A stretch of 61,297 nt of DNA from a virus. Lineage: Duplodnaviria > Caudoviricetes. Under the pieces are notes generated by a model, which searched no databases, was not told the DNA's origin, and saw only the letters and a list, made by a program, of their open reading frames with translations. Numbering within the stretch: the first letter of the stretch is position 1; each line of letters opens with the position of its first letter. Both the position numbers and the translations under genes were made by a program. Below, one piece after another: positions 44,437 through 54,188 of the stretch. The DNA is taken from IMG/VR virus record IMGVR_UViG_3300037465_000218, positions 1-61,297 of that record. One strand, 5' to 3'.

Positions 44437-45624
44437 ATGACGTTTAGAGTCGTAGAAGGTAGAATACTGGGGTTGGGTACGGTCAGCGGTACTGATGAGA
44501 CTCCTCTAGCCCTATATGAACCTACCCACGCAATTCGTGTCTATCTTGAGAATCCTACCACAGTAAATACCGCCACTGTAAATCAGGTCGGCGTTACCAG
44601 TATCACCGCCAGTGGCACTACCACGAGTGGAAGTGTCAGCCTTCAGGGTATCGGAACAGTAAGTCTTCATACAAACGGGTTACCTACTAATGGTACTATT
44701 ACCATTTCGGGCGGGTTGCGCTTACAAGAAACCGACGGGTCTCCTGATTTCTTTGCCCACACAATTGTTGTTACAACAGGAAGCCTTACTAACCTTGGCG
44801 GAGGGGTAGCTCAACTAAATACTGGCGGCGGTGGCGGCGGTGGCGGGGTTACCGCGCACAGCGAGCTGACTGGTCTTTCCGCGGATGATCATACCCAGTA
44901 TTCGCTGGTCAATGGAGCCCGCGCATTCACCGGCACAGTGGGTGGTATCACTCCCACTTCTGCTTCTCATCTGGCTACCAAGGGCTATGTAGATGGTAGT
45001 CATAAGGCTATTACTGGGGATGCATTCATCTCCGTTACTTCTGGAACTAATGCTATTCGCCTCTCCGCAGATGCCATTGTTGGGGATTCGTTTATCTCGG
45101 TAGTTACCGGTACCAATGTCGTTAGTCTTTCTGCAGACTCTATCGTAGGTACCTCCAACAATGTTACCGTGATCTCCGGAACCAGCGCCGTTACTGTATC
45201 AGGGGTTACTACAGTATCCAGTGGTATTGCCTACATCAACGACCCAACTCGGGGCGGGAAAGCTTTGAGCGTTTCTAGACAGAACTACCCATTCAGTTAT
45301 GATGGTTTGGCGGACGGCACATTTCTTGCGGCGGGCTATGCTGTCAATACGGACGCCGGGTGGTTGATTCCTAGGGATGCCACGATTGTATCCTATACTG
45401 CCTATTTCCCCAGCGGCCCTGCCGGAAAAACCTTCCAAGTTCGTAAGAACAACAGCGCCGTTACCCTATCTACCCTTAGTATCAGCGCAGGGCAGATCTA
45501 CTACAATGATCAGGTCAATATTGACCTAAACCGGGGCGATAGGCTGCAGGTATTCGTAGACAGCGCCCTTCTGGGCGCACAAGATCCGACTTTCATGATT
45601 GAAGTAGCTTGGAGGTTAGCATAA
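44437..45624 (+). CDS. Tail-fibre-like virion protein
   Basis: HSELTGLSADDHTQY, HLATKGYVD, AIxGDxFISVxxGTN internal repeats, Ser-Gly rich. Confidence 0.8.
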   Translation: MTFRVVEGRILGLGTVSGTDETPLALYEPTHAIRVYLENPTTVNTATVNQVGVTSITASGTTTSGSVSLQGIGTVSLHTNGLPTNGTITISGGLRLQETDGSPDFFAHTIVVTTGSLTNLGGGVAQLNTGGGGGGGGVTAHSELTGLSADDHTQYSLVNGARAFTGTVGGITPTSASHLATKGYVDGSHKAITGDAFISVTSGTNAIRLSADAIVGDSFISVVTGTNVVSLSADSIVGTSNNVTVISGTSAVTVSGVTTVSSGIAYINDPTRGGKALSVSRQNYPFSYDGLADGTFLAAGYAVNTDAGWLIPRDATIVSYTAYFPSGPAGKTFQVRKNNSAVTLSTLSISAGQIYYNDQVNIDLNRGDRLQVFVDSALLGAQDPTFMIEVAWRLA

Positions 45625-46364
45625 TGCCAGTAGCTATAGGTATTCAAAACCTTACCGGTTCCGCCATTACCATTCAAGACATGGGTATTTCTATTCCTGG
45701 TAGCACTATTCTAATCCTAACTTCTGTATTCACCCCAGACCAGTTGCGATCTTCTGATTCGCTGCTGACAAGAATCAATAACAATGAGGCGGTAATCTAC
45801 GACGGGTCTTCTTCTCTATCCAAAACAAAATCTCTAGAGTTTATGAGCGGTACCCCCATCGGTACAGAGGCCGCGGCTATCACTTCGGTAGCTAGCTCGG
45901 CTGCAGCCGGAGCGTCCCCTGCAATTGTTGGAACAGGCACGGTCCTAGTTATTTCTGGCTCTAACACAACCACGATTAGCGGGGCCTTACCTGTACAAAA
46001 TACCTATTTCTTTGCAGAAAGCGCCGCGCAGTCTAGTACCACTAGTTCTACATTTCAACAGAAACTACGCCTTACTGCGAGCGTGGTCACTGGAACCTAC
46101 AAATTAGAATGGTATTATGAATTCAATAATTCATCTGTCTCATCCAACTTCCTGGCCCAAATTCAAGAAAACGATTCTGTAACTCTTATGTCGCACACTC
46201 AAGAGGTTCAAGACGGGGCATCTAACCAAACAAACCAAGCACACGGCTTTGCGATTAGAAGTCTAACTGGTGGAACATACAACTTCGACCTAGACTACGC
46301 CGCTGTCAGCAGCAATACTTCCCGCATTCAAAATGCTAGGTTGTTCCTTCAAAGGCTAGCATAA
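45624..46364 (+). CDS. Ser/Thr-rich putative virion protein
   Basis: GGAGG RBS, TAATG coupling. Confidence 0.75.
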   Translation: MPVAIGIQNLTGSAITIQDMGISIPGSTILILTSVFTPDQLRSSDSLLTRINNNEAVIYDGSSSLSKTKSLEFMSGTPIGTEAAAITSVASSAAAGASPAIVGTGTVLVISGSNTTTISGALPVQNTYFFAESAAQSSTTSSTFQQKLRLTASVVTGTYKLEWYYEFNNSSVSSNFLAQIQENDSVTLMSHTQEVQDGASNQTNQAHGFAIRSLTGGTYNFDLDYAAVSSNTSRIQNARLFLQRLA

Positions 46365-47344
46365 TGGCCACATATCATTACGTTAAAATTGTCAACGCCA
46401 GCCGCCTGGCGCAAGAAATCCAGGCTAGTGGGATCACCATTGCCTTAGATCATATTTCCACAACTCCTAGCGGTTCTGATGTTGTTTTCAAAGCTACTCT
46501 ATCCGCAAGCGAAGAAGATACGCTACTCAATTTGGTCGAAGATCACGATCCTGCTGATCTAGTATCGTATGAACAAGTGCTGTTGTACGCACCCAGTCCT
46601 GCTACGGGAAATGTGGAACCTGTGTGGAAAGACCCCATAGCCGGAGATGGCAAGAAAAGAGTTCTGGCCAGCCACAAGCCCATTATTCCTGGCAAAGAAT
46701 CCTATAACTACTTTACCAGTGCGGGTGATTTGGGATTGGTGGTAGGTAGTGGCACGCGCTTGGCGATTACCACTGCCTCCGGGGTTGAGTTTTCATATGT
46801 AGATGTCCATTTTAGTACGGATGTAAATCCGTCTGAAAACATCTACATCTTCGGAGGAGGTATTTCGTGGGAAAATGCTGGATGGGGAGACGAAATTAGC
46901 CTAGAACTACGAACCTCTCCCACCTCAGTGGTACCTGCGGCTGTGGCGTCTGGACTAAATCTGCCTGTGGATTACAATTTGGTAGGAACGCGCATCCGAT
47001 ACGCAGGCCCTGGTCAGGGCACACATGCGCTGGGTGGTTACCCGAAGTGGGTTCCCAATTTCAACAAAACGGGCTACTGGGACTTGGACAAGGTGGCAAT
47101 GAAAGCTCTTCCCAACGCTTCCGGAACCGGAACTTTTGATTGGTACACGGATGATCAATTTGTGGGGCACTATTTACACAACCTTCAAGTGTACAAGAAC
47201 AATAGTCAGCCGATCATTATTGATGCTACCGAGTCTGCCCCCCTTCCCTACGGAATGTACGTTAGGCTTGTGGCCCATAACGTTAGCAATACTGTTTGGC
47301 GTGCCTGGGCCTTCATGAAGATGTACCGAGAAAGGTTGAAGTAA
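46364..47344 (+). CDS. Putative virion protein
   Basis: 326 aa, coupled within the structural cluster. Confidence 0.75.
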   Translation: MATYHYVKIVNASRLAQEIQASGITIALDHISTTPSGSDVVFKATLSASEEDTLLNLVEDHDPADLVSYEQVLLYAPSPATGNVEPVWKDPIAGDGKKRVLASHKPIIPGKESYNYFTSAGDLGLVVGSGTRLAITTASGVEFSYVDVHFSTDVNPSENIYIFGGGISWENAGWGDEISLELRTSPTSVVPAAVASGLNLPVDYNLVGTRIRYAGPGQGTHALGGYPKWVPNFNKTGYWDLDKVAMKALPNASGTGTFDWYTDDQFVGHYLHNLQVYKNNSQPIIIDATESAPLPYGMYVRLVAHNVSNTVWRAWAFMKMYRERLK

Positions 47345-47703
47345 TGCCAACACAAATCAAGCACAACCACGGGCTTGTCGATGCCGTTCTTGAATTGGGC
47401 TTCGACGCCGTCAAGTATTTTGAAATTACTGCCAACGGGACTGCCCAAATGCTTACGATCAGCCCCCCGGCACGAAGATTGACCCTAAGAAACGCGAGCA
47501 CAACTATACCTGTCTACTTCAACCTCACGGGGGTTGATGCGACAACGGTAGTCAGCTCTACACCGGGCGACAACATCAAGCTCGGACCAGAATGTGTTTT
47601 TGAAATGGACTTTGACACTTTGACCAACATCTCTTTCATTACCGGCGGTGGTACAGCACTGGTCGAGGGGTGGTTAGGATGGAAAGGAACTGTCGGTTGC
47701 TAA
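47344..47703 (+). CDS. Putative virion protein
   Basis: TAATG coupling; beta-rich. Confidence 0.7.
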   Translation: MPTQIKHNHGLVDAVLELGFDAVKYFEITANGTAQMLTISPPARRLTLRNASTTIPVYFNLTGVDATTVVSSTPGDNIKLGPECVFEMDFDTLTNISFITGGGTALVEGWLGWKGTVGC

Positions 47704-47725
47704 TTTGTGATTGACCACGTATAAT
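47697..47725 (+). promoter_or_regulatory. sigma70-type promoter
   Basis: TTGCTA-17 nt-TATAAT. Confidence 0.7.
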
Positions 47726-47747
47726 TCCATAGTAAGGAGCGTATCTG

Positions 47748-48398
47748 ATGAGTAAGCTCAATGCTGGAACTCTTGTCCTCAATCGTAGCTGGTTGGCAGT
47801 ACAGATTTGTTCTGTCAAGCGAGCTATCGCTTTAGTGTACCAAGGCCATGCTAAGGTTGTGGACGCTGACGGCCGGGCTTACGACTTCGAGGATTGGTCT
47901 GAAGTTTCCCAGGTGATGACTGAGGTTGAATCCGACGAATTCATCCACTCCCCTACCCTACGAATCAAGATCCCGCGCGTAATCGTACTCATGTTCTATG
48001 ACAAACTGCCAAAGCGAACGGTAAGCTTTAGCCGCAAGAACATTTTCGAACGGGACAAGTACACCTGCCAGTATTGTGGTACTCGTCCTCCGAGCAAGCG
48101 AGCGGCGCTAAAGTGGATGGAAAAGAAAGCACTAACCTTTGACCACGTGGTACCGCGTTCCCGAGGTGGAAAGACCACTTGGGACAACATTGTGACCGCA
48201 TGCTACGATTGTAATCGCAAGAAGAGCGATCGTACCCCGGAAGAAATCGGTTGGAAGCTCAAGCGACGCCCTGAACGGCCTGATTGGCATCCTACCCTCA
48301 ATATTCCGCTACGGATTGTACCGCACAAGGAATGGATCAACTTCTTGGATTTGGCGTATTACAACGTGGAGTTAGACAATGACAACGAAGGCGACTGA
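47748..48398 (+). CDS. HNH endonuclease
   Basis: LVLN, FSRKNIFERD.YTCQYCG, DHVVPRSRGG.TTW.N.V.AC..CN..K. Confidence 0.92.
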   Translation: MSKLNAGTLVLNRSWLAVQICSVKRAIALVYQGHAKVVDADGRAYDFEDWSEVSQVMTEVESDEFIHSPTLRIKIPRVIVLMFYDKLPKRTVSFSRKNIFERDKYTCQYCGTRPPSKRAALKWMEKKALTFDHVVPRSRGGKTTWDNIVTACYDCNRKKSDRTPEEIGWKLKRRPERPDWHPTLNIPLRIVPHKEWINFLDLAYYNVELDNDNEGD

Positions 48399-48735
48399 AC
48401 TTTTCCAGTATCTTCGCGGGGCTGTTAGATCTGCCTATGGTATGGAAGACTTCCGTGGTAAGTCTGTTCTCTTTATCGGAATGGATCGAATTGGACAAGA
48501 GCTACTTCTCCGGCTGTGTTTGGATGAGGTTAGCCTGTTCTTTGCCGACCACCGAGTAACCAATTACTACCAGGCACACGCAGTTTGTGGGCAGGTGTCC
48601 CCGCATCGCGGGGAGCCTGTAGACATCACTGTGAATTTTGATAACAAGACTTTGGTGGTGAAGGGTAAGTCCCTACCATTGCCCAAGCTGGGGCAAGAGG
48701 CTTATACCCAGGGGATCCATGACTTTTACCTCTAA
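48379..48735 (+). CDS. Degenerate Leu/Phe/Val dehydrogenase NAD-domain-like protein
   Basis: AV...YG.EDFRGKSVLFIGMDRIG..L...L......L.FAD resembles LeuDH (A....FG.D.LEGK.VAVQG.GNV...L...L...GA.L.V.D). Confidence 0.45.
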   Translation: MTTKATELFQYLRGAVRSAYGMEDFRGKSVLFIGMDRIGQELLLRLCLDEVSLFFADHRVTNYYQAHAVCGQVSPHRGEPVDITVNFDNKTLVVKGKSLPLPKLGQEAYTQGIHDFYL

Positions 48736-48744
48736 GGAGGGAGC

Positions 48745-49026
48745 ATGGCTATCGTACTGTTAGACACCATCTCAATCTTGCAATACCGCCTAGAGTTCTT
48801 GGAAGGTATTCGCGAGATTGCAACTCAATGCAACTGGTCGCCTGGACAGGTTCAGGAGCTGCATGATTACTTGTTGGACGAAGTAATCAAAATCGACAAC
48901 ATGATGTTCGACATTTACGAAGAGACCGAAGACGCACAATTGGCCTATCTCACCTGGGAAGGACACATGGAAGACTTGAGGCGTTGGTTGGGTCTGATCT
49001 TGGGGATCAAGATCAAATACGTTTAG
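48745..49026 (+). CDS. Hypothetical protein
   Basis: AAGGAGG RBS. Confidence 0.75.
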   Translation: MAIVLLDTISILQYRLEFLEGIREIATQCNWSPGQVQELHDYLLDEVIKIDNMMFDIYEETEDAQLAYLTWEGHMEDLRRWLGLILGIKIKYV

Positions 49027-49035
49027 GAGAATCAC

Positions 49036-49281
49036 ATGCGTGTTCTTTTGCTAGCAAGCCTACTTACCGTAATTCTGGCTACCGCCGCGCCGGCAGGGCA
49101 GCCCAGTGGGAACTATCGAGACATGCCCCAGCAGCAAATGGCTCCTCCGGTAGTGGTGGTGCCTCAGCCAGTCCCGGCCAAGGAAGATAGCCCCCTAGTG
49201 CCTATCGTTGTGGCGGCATTGGGGGCCGCTGGTTTGGTGGGGGCAGCTTACGCCTCCCGAGGTAGAAAGAAAGGCGAGTAA
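49036..49281 (+). CDS. Small exported protein with C-terminal membrane anchor
   Basis: Signal peptide, Pro/Gln linker, TM segment plus RGRKK. Confidence 0.7.
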   Translation: MRVLLLASLLTVILATAAPAGQPSGNYRDMPQQQMAPPVVVVPQPVPAKEDSPLVPIVVAALGAAGLVGAAYASRGRKKGE

Positions 49282-50450
49282 TGTCCGTTTCGTATTGGCA
49301 GGATACCGGACGCACCCGTCAATGGACGGACGCCCATGTGGTGATTATTGGGGCTGGACTGGCCGGCCTCTCTACCGCCTATTGGCTACACAAGCTTGAT
49401 CCTACTTTGAGCGTGGCAATCGTGGACAAGGGGGTAGTTGGGCACGGGGCGTCTGGGCGTAATGCGGGTTTCATTACCTGCGGATCTACAGAACATTTCT
49501 CTCGTATGACATCCGCATACGGCGAGAACAAGGCAGAACAGATTTGGAAGTTTACCGAATACAACCACCAGTTGATTGTAGATACCTTTGGTAGGCAACG
49601 GCTAGAAAACGAATGTGAGTATAGAAGGCGCGGTAGTTGGACACTGGCAGCCACAGAACATGAGATCGGAGTTATTGGAGATACGGTAAAGAAGCTGCAG
49701 GGCAAGGGTGTTCGTGTAGAGTGGTTTGGAAAAGACATCGTAAGCAGCTGGCAGCAATGTGAGGGTTTCTACGGCGGGGCCAAGTATCTGGACGACGGGG
49801 AAATTCACCCGGTCAAGTACCTAAATCTACTTCAGCAAGAGTCGGGCGCAACTCTCTACATCAACCAAGAAGTATTCAGCTTTGAAACCGTAGGCGATCG
49901 CCTGGTAGTAAAGACCAATCAGTTTGATCTCCGAACGGAATCCGTGGTTCTTTGCACCAACGCCTGGAGCGGTCAACTTTCCTCCTGGTTCAAAGACAAG
50001 ATAGCCCCTACCCGAGGACAGATCATTGTAACTGAACCTGTCGAGCCATTTTTAGAGCCCGCCTATTGTAGTTTTGTTCTCGACTATTTCCGTCAACTGG
50101 TTGATGGAAGAGTTTTGATTGGAGGTTTCCGAAATGCTGATGTTGAGCGCGAAGTTGGTTTCTCAGATGAAATCAATCCACTCATCAATGCTAAGTTGGA
50201 GGGGTTTCTACACGATCATTTCCCTCGACTCCGTGGTGCTAGGGTTGATTATCGGTGGAGTGGTGTTATGGGGTTTTCTGCGGACGGCTATCCGATGGTA
50301 GGTTCTTTACCGGAGGATTCGCGGATCTTCTACAACGTAGGATTTACCGCACACGGACTAGGTTTCACTTTTGCAACCGGGGAGCTGACAGCCAAGCTTA
50401 TTCTTGAAGGACAAGATCCCGGGATTTTCAGCGGGAGAAGATTCTCATGA
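49281..50450 (+). CDS. FAD-dependent oxidoreductase (DAO/PuuB-like)
   Basis: IIGAGLAG, GASGRNAG, RGQI..T, WSG.MGF..DG.P..G, GF.AHG. Confidence 0.92.
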   Translation: MSVSYWQDTGRTRQWTDAHVVIIGAGLAGLSTAYWLHKLDPTLSVAIVDKGVVGHGASGRNAGFITCGSTEHFSRMTSAYGENKAEQIWKFTEYNHQLIVDTFGRQRLENECEYRRRGSWTLAATEHEIGVIGDTVKKLQGKGVRVEWFGKDIVSSWQQCEGFYGGAKYLDDGEIHPVKYLNLLQQESGATLYINQEVFSFETVGDRLVVKTNQFDLRTESVVLCTNAWSGQLSSWFKDKIAPTRGQIIVTEPVEPFLEPAYCSFVLDYFRQLVDGRVLIGGFRNADVEREVGFSDEINPLINAKLEGFLHDHFPRLRGARVDYRWSGVMGFSADGYPMVGSLPEDSRIFYNVGFTAHGLGFTFATGELTAKLILEGQDPGIFSGRRFS

Positions 50451-50764
50451 CCTTTGACGACCTAATACGGGATGCGAAAGAACTACTGGATCTCCGCCCC
50501 GACGGGTGGACATCCAGTACCCTCCGAGACATGGTAAAGCTCGCGGAGGAAACAGGTGAAGTGGCCGAATGCATGGTCAAGTCACACAAGACCAAGGAAG
50601 ATTTGGGAGAAGAACTTTCTGATGTGCTGGTTGTTGTGGGTGTCATTGCTTTGCGGGCAGGAATTGACCTGAAGGAAGCGCACCCCAAGAAGCAAGTAAA
50701 GAGAGTTCAGAAACTCCTCAAGCGGTTTCACGGAGGAACTTACCCCGCCAAACAGGTGGGATAG
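50447..50764 (+). CDS. MazG-like nucleotide pyrophosphohydrolase
   Basis: KLAEETGEVAE...EELSD. Confidence 0.85.
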   Translation: MTFDDLIRDAKELLDLRPDGWTSSTLRDMVKLAEETGEVAECMVKSHKTKEDLGEELSDVLVVVGVIALRAGIDLKEAHPKKQVKRVQKLLKRFHGGTYPAKQVG

Positions 50765-50772
50765 TAAAGTAA

Positions 50773-51282
50773 ATGGGTAGACTTCTCAATTTACAAGGTC
50801 GAAGATTTGGGAAGCTACAGGTGCTAAAGGTTGCCGGTAGAACTACCCGCGGGGCCAGTCTTTGGAAATGCCTGTGTGCGTGTGGAAAGACAAAGATTGT
50901 TCGGGGAACTTCTTTAACAAACGGGTTGTCCAAAAGTTGTGGCTGCAACAATAAACTCCACAACCGTAAGCACGGTTTGTCGTATACTCCCGAATATAAC
51001 AAAGCTCGTTTGTCTAAAAGGAAAGCACATAAAGTAGCAAATGGAGGAAGTCATACCGCGGAACAACTGCGCTATCTCCTAAAGAGGCAAAGAAACAGAT
51101 GCCACTACTGTAAATCAAAATTGATAGAGTGGCACCAGGAACATAGAATTCCTCTTTCTCGCGGAGGAACTGATAACATTGAAAACATCGTTATCAGCTG
51201 CCCTCCTTGTAATTGGAGAAAGAGAGATAAAACAGAAGAAGAGTTCTACGCTTTTCTCTCTGATATCAAAACCCCTGCTTAA
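50773..51282 (+). CDS. HNH homing endonuclease
   Basis: G.RFGKL.V...W.C.C.CG...SCGC N-terminal domain; CHYC...EHRIPLSRGG...N....C..CN..K; A-rich. Confidence 0.85.
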   Translation: MGRLLNLQGRRFGKLQVLKVAGRTTRGASLWKCLCACGKTKIVRGTSLTNGLSKSCGCNNKLHNRKHGLSYTPEYNKARLSKRKAHKVANGGSHTAEQLRYLLKRQRNRCHYCKSKLIEWHQEHRIPLSRGGTDNIENIVISCPPCNWRKRDKTEEEFYAFLSDIKTPA

Positions 51283-51331
51283 ATAATCGCGGGTTCTTGC
51301 AGGGATCCCGTTTGTAGGAGGCAAAGACAAG

Positions 51332-52177
51332 ATGATGTCGTATCAAAGTGATTTCGTACTATGTGTATTGCACAACGGTAGTCCCGTAAGGGAGATTGGT
51401 GGTACCGTCCATCTGCCGTTTTACAGCGAGTACAAGATTCGTGTCAAGAACAAGCATTCGTTTTTGAGGGCAAAGGCCCGCGTATGGGTAGATGGTCGAC
51501 AGGTTTCTAACCTCGGAGACTTCATTCTACAGCCTAATGAGACCTTGGATCTGGAAAGGTTCCTCGATGAGTCTATGACCAACGGACGACGTTTCAAGTT
51601 TGTTCCGGTTGGCGATGGGCGAGTCAATGACCCGACTGATCCGGAGAATGGTATTATCAAGGTAGAATTCTATCGTGAGAAGCGATGGGATCCGCCGCGC
51701 ATTACCCCGAGACCGATTAGACGCACCTATGGTGCCCAACCAGATTGGACTTACAATAATCAAAGCAATAGTGCCGGACCTGTTCTCACTGGCGGAGGGC
51801 GTTCCTCTTGTTCAGTAAACTACATGTCCCAGACGATCAGCAGTTCTCTTATTCCCGATCAGACTGCGTTTGTTGATGAAGGTGCTGGTGCTACAGTAGA
51901 AGGTGGGTATTCTGGTCAAAGCTTCGTGTATGGAAGTGATTTTCCGACCGAGCCCTATCCGGTAACACTACGATTGAATGTTCGCGGCTTGGAACGTGGA
52001 AATTGGGAGAACGAGTATGAGATCTCTCCTAGTCCTCGGCCACAGAAGAAGATGATCAAGTTCTGCCCCAATTGTGGAGCAAAGCGACACCGCATGGCTG
52101 ACAAGTTCTGTCACCGCTGTGGTACTGCTTACCACCCGCGCTACGAAAGAGAGCGTGGTAGAATTTCACCTCGATAA
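51332..52177 (+). CDS. Hypothetical protein with C-terminal Zn-ribbon
   Basis: FCPNCG...KFCHRCG; AGGAGG RBS. Confidence 0.8.
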   Translation: MMSYQSDFVLCVLHNGSPVREIGGTVHLPFYSEYKIRVKNKHSFLRAKARVWVDGRQVSNLGDFILQPNETLDLERFLDESMTNGRRFKFVPVGDGRVNDPTDPENGIIKVEFYREKRWDPPRITPRPIRRTYGAQPDWTYNNQSNSAGPVLTGGGRSSCSVNYMSQTISSSLIPDQTAFVDEGAGATVEGGYSGQSFVYGSDFPTEPYPVTLRLNVRGLERGNWENEYEISPSPRPQKKMIKFCPNCGAKRHRMADKFCHRCGTAYHPRYERERGRISPR

Positions 52178-52278
52178 GACCTTCGGTATTACCATTCCCC
52201 ACCCTCTGGTAGCGAATGGTTTACGCCGTAGGTTGGCCCCTGGTCGGAGAGGGCGGCCAGGGCGCTCAAGGAGTTAGG

Positions 52279-52521
52279 ATGTCCGAGCCTTGGAAAGTCA
52301 TCGTTTGCGGAAATGAGCAATGTATGGCTGAAGCTCTGGATGATAAGGGAAAAGTCAAACCGGACTACAAGATTTATCCGGAGTACGACACCCCTGAATA
52401 CACGCAGTTCACTTGCAAGAGATGCGGCCACGTTGAGACCTGGGGCGTTACCAGGCGCAACGTGGCCAAAGTACTCTATGAAAGGCTAACGAATGCTGGA
52501 ATGGGTTCAAACTTGGCCTGA
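52279..52521 (+). CDS. Zn-binding hypothetical protein
   Basis: AAGGAG RBS; CxxxC...CKRCG. Confidence 0.7.
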   Translation: MSEPWKVIVCGNEQCMAEALDDKGKVKPDYKIYPEYDTPEYTQFTCKRCGHVETWGVTRRNVAKVLYERLTNAGMGSNLA

Positions 52522-52741
52522 TTGGTTGCAAACCGTATGGTTTGCGTACGTTACCTTTCACGACCTGATCCAGTGGGCGGTTATTGTCCTGTTTGGACTC
52601 ACCGCCTGGGGACAACGTCATAAGAAGAGGCAGCTTGAGGAACTCATAGAACACATCCACGAGGAACTGCATAAGCATATCCGCGAGGATTCTTCGTTCC
52701 ATGAGGATCTTGGGCAAAGCGGTATGACCAGAGGAGAGTAA
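52493..52741 (+). CDS. Membrane protein
   Basis: TM segment, His-rich tail. Confidence 0.65.
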   Translation: MLEWVQTWPDWLQTVWFAYVTFHDLIQWAVIVLFGLTAWGQRHKKRQLEELIEHIHEELHKHIREDSSFHEDLGQSGMTRGE

Positions 52742-52960
52742 ATGTCCTTGGTGAACAAAGAGAACCTCCTGGCTGCACAACTCATGTACCTGAACAGGAT
52801 AGAATTTCTACGACGAGAAGTAAACCGCGTGGTGAACAAAGGTTTGCAACTCGGAGAAGCTCACGAGCAGACAACGATGTCTGCCCTCGATGAAATTGAA
52901 AAGGAGCTAGAAGGTATTGATGAATGCCTCACACTACTAAAGCATCTCTTTAGGAGTTAG
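52742..52960 (+). CDS. Hypothetical protein
   Basis: 72 aa, helical. Confidence 0.65.
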   Translation: MSLVNKENLLAAQLMYLNRIEFLRREVNRVVNKGLQLGEAHEQTTMSALDEIEKELEGIDECLTLLKHLFRS

Positions 52961-52961
52961 C

Positions 52962-53561
52962 ATGGATTTGCGTTTGTATCCCTTACGGGAAGATGATTTT
53001 GATCGTATAATTGAATTGGGGGATTTGGTTCAGGGTAAGAACTACTTGAATTACGATACGATCAGCAAGATACACGGCATGAGTTATAGCCGGGGGACGT
53101 GCTGTAGTTACGTCATGTACGACCAGCCCAGAGAAAAGCGCAACTTGATTGGCTTTCGGCTAACCTACGGGCCAGGATTGTGGGTACCAGACGAATGGTG
53201 TTCAGTTGATGCGTGGGGAGTGGCACCGGAGAAGGTTTGCTACTTCAAATCCAATACCATCCATCCCGATTATCAAGGGAAGGGTATTGGTCCGGCCATG
53301 CTGGATGTTTCTATCGAGGCTGTAAAACAAATGGGTGCAGAGGCCGGGGTAACTCACATCTGGCTTGAGACTCCCAACAAGAGTGCGTATAGGTACTTCG
53401 CCAAAACCGGAGCCGAGACGCTCTGGATTTGGCCCGGCCGTTGGAAAAACGACCTGGAAACATACGGGTACCAGTGTGTGGTTTGCTGCGCAGATGGCCA
53501 AGTCAGACCTTGCCGATGCCACGCTGCTGAAATGATGTTATACTTTGGGGAACAACAATGA
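52962..53561 (+). CDS. GNAT acetyltransferase
   Basis: IHPDYQGKGIG acetyl-CoA motif, N.SAY.YF.K.G. Confidence 0.85.
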   Translation: MDLRLYPLREDDFDRIIELGDLVQGKNYLNYDTISKIHGMSYSRGTCCSYVMYDQPREKRNLIGFRLTYGPGLWVPDEWCSVDAWGVAPEKVCYFKSNTIHPDYQGKGIGPAMLDVSIEAVKQMGAEAGVTHIWLETPNKSAYRYFAKTGAETLWIWPGRWKNDLETYGYQCVVCCADGQVRPCRCHAAEMMLYFGEQQ

Positions 53562-53848
53562 GTACACAAATCGTTGATGGTGTTTACGTAATCGTTTGCG
53601 ATTGGGTGGATGAGGATGGAAACGCCTGCACATTAGGACGAGATGGTGGGCCGCGTATGTTTGTGGATCCTGACGCCGGCCGGAAGCCTAGCAATCATTT
53701 CCAGTGCGGCGCACATCACGGGATTCTGAAGCAGAAGGACAAGCCAGAGTTCCAGCTTCCCGAGGACCACAAGCTGAATGAGGAAGTATTGCATCCGGGA
53801 CAGGAGTTTGACGGGGTTGTGGTGGAAGAGGTAGAAGATGTCGAATAG
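53558..53848 (+). CDS. Hypothetical protein
   Basis: 96 aa, ATGA coupling. Confidence 0.7.
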   Translation: MSTQIVDGVYVIVCDWVDEDGNACTLGRDGGPRMFVDPDAGRKPSNHFQCGAHHGILKQKDKPEFQLPEDHKLNEEVLHPGQEFDGVVVEEVEDVE

Positions 53849-54110
53849 TACTGCCCCCTCCACACTGAAGACCGGTAAGTATTCAATCCAGTTTTCTGGC
53901 GGCGGTACTGCCATTTTTGCTGAAGACAAGTTTGGTGATAAGAAGTGGCTTGCAACAACCACCGATCCCGAAATGGCTATGACGATTGTCGAAGGTCTGA
54001 TTTTGGTAGAACACAAACGGTTCTACCATCCCGAAACAAAACCAGTGATCAAGGATCAAGAGAATAAACCTCTTCCCCCCTTTCTCAAGAGAGGGGCTGA
54101 GAAGTCCTAG
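53838..54110 (+). CDS. Hypothetical protein
   Basis: 90 aa, GAGG RBS. Confidence 0.7.
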   Translation: MSNSTAPSTLKTGKYSIQFSGGGTAIFAEDKFGDKKWLATTTDPEMAMTIVEGLILVEHKRFYHPETKPVIKDQENKPLPPFLKRGAEKS

Positions 54111-54188
54111 GTTCGCTTATACGGCGATATTCTGGGAGAGGGTGACCTTCAGGGTCACCCCAAGCAAGAAAATAAGGAGGGATGACCA

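Noticed and set aside
50773-51282. HNH gene as an intron-encoded endonuclease
   Set aside because: Flanking genes are intact and no group I core elements were seen; treated as an ordinary free-standing homing endonuclease
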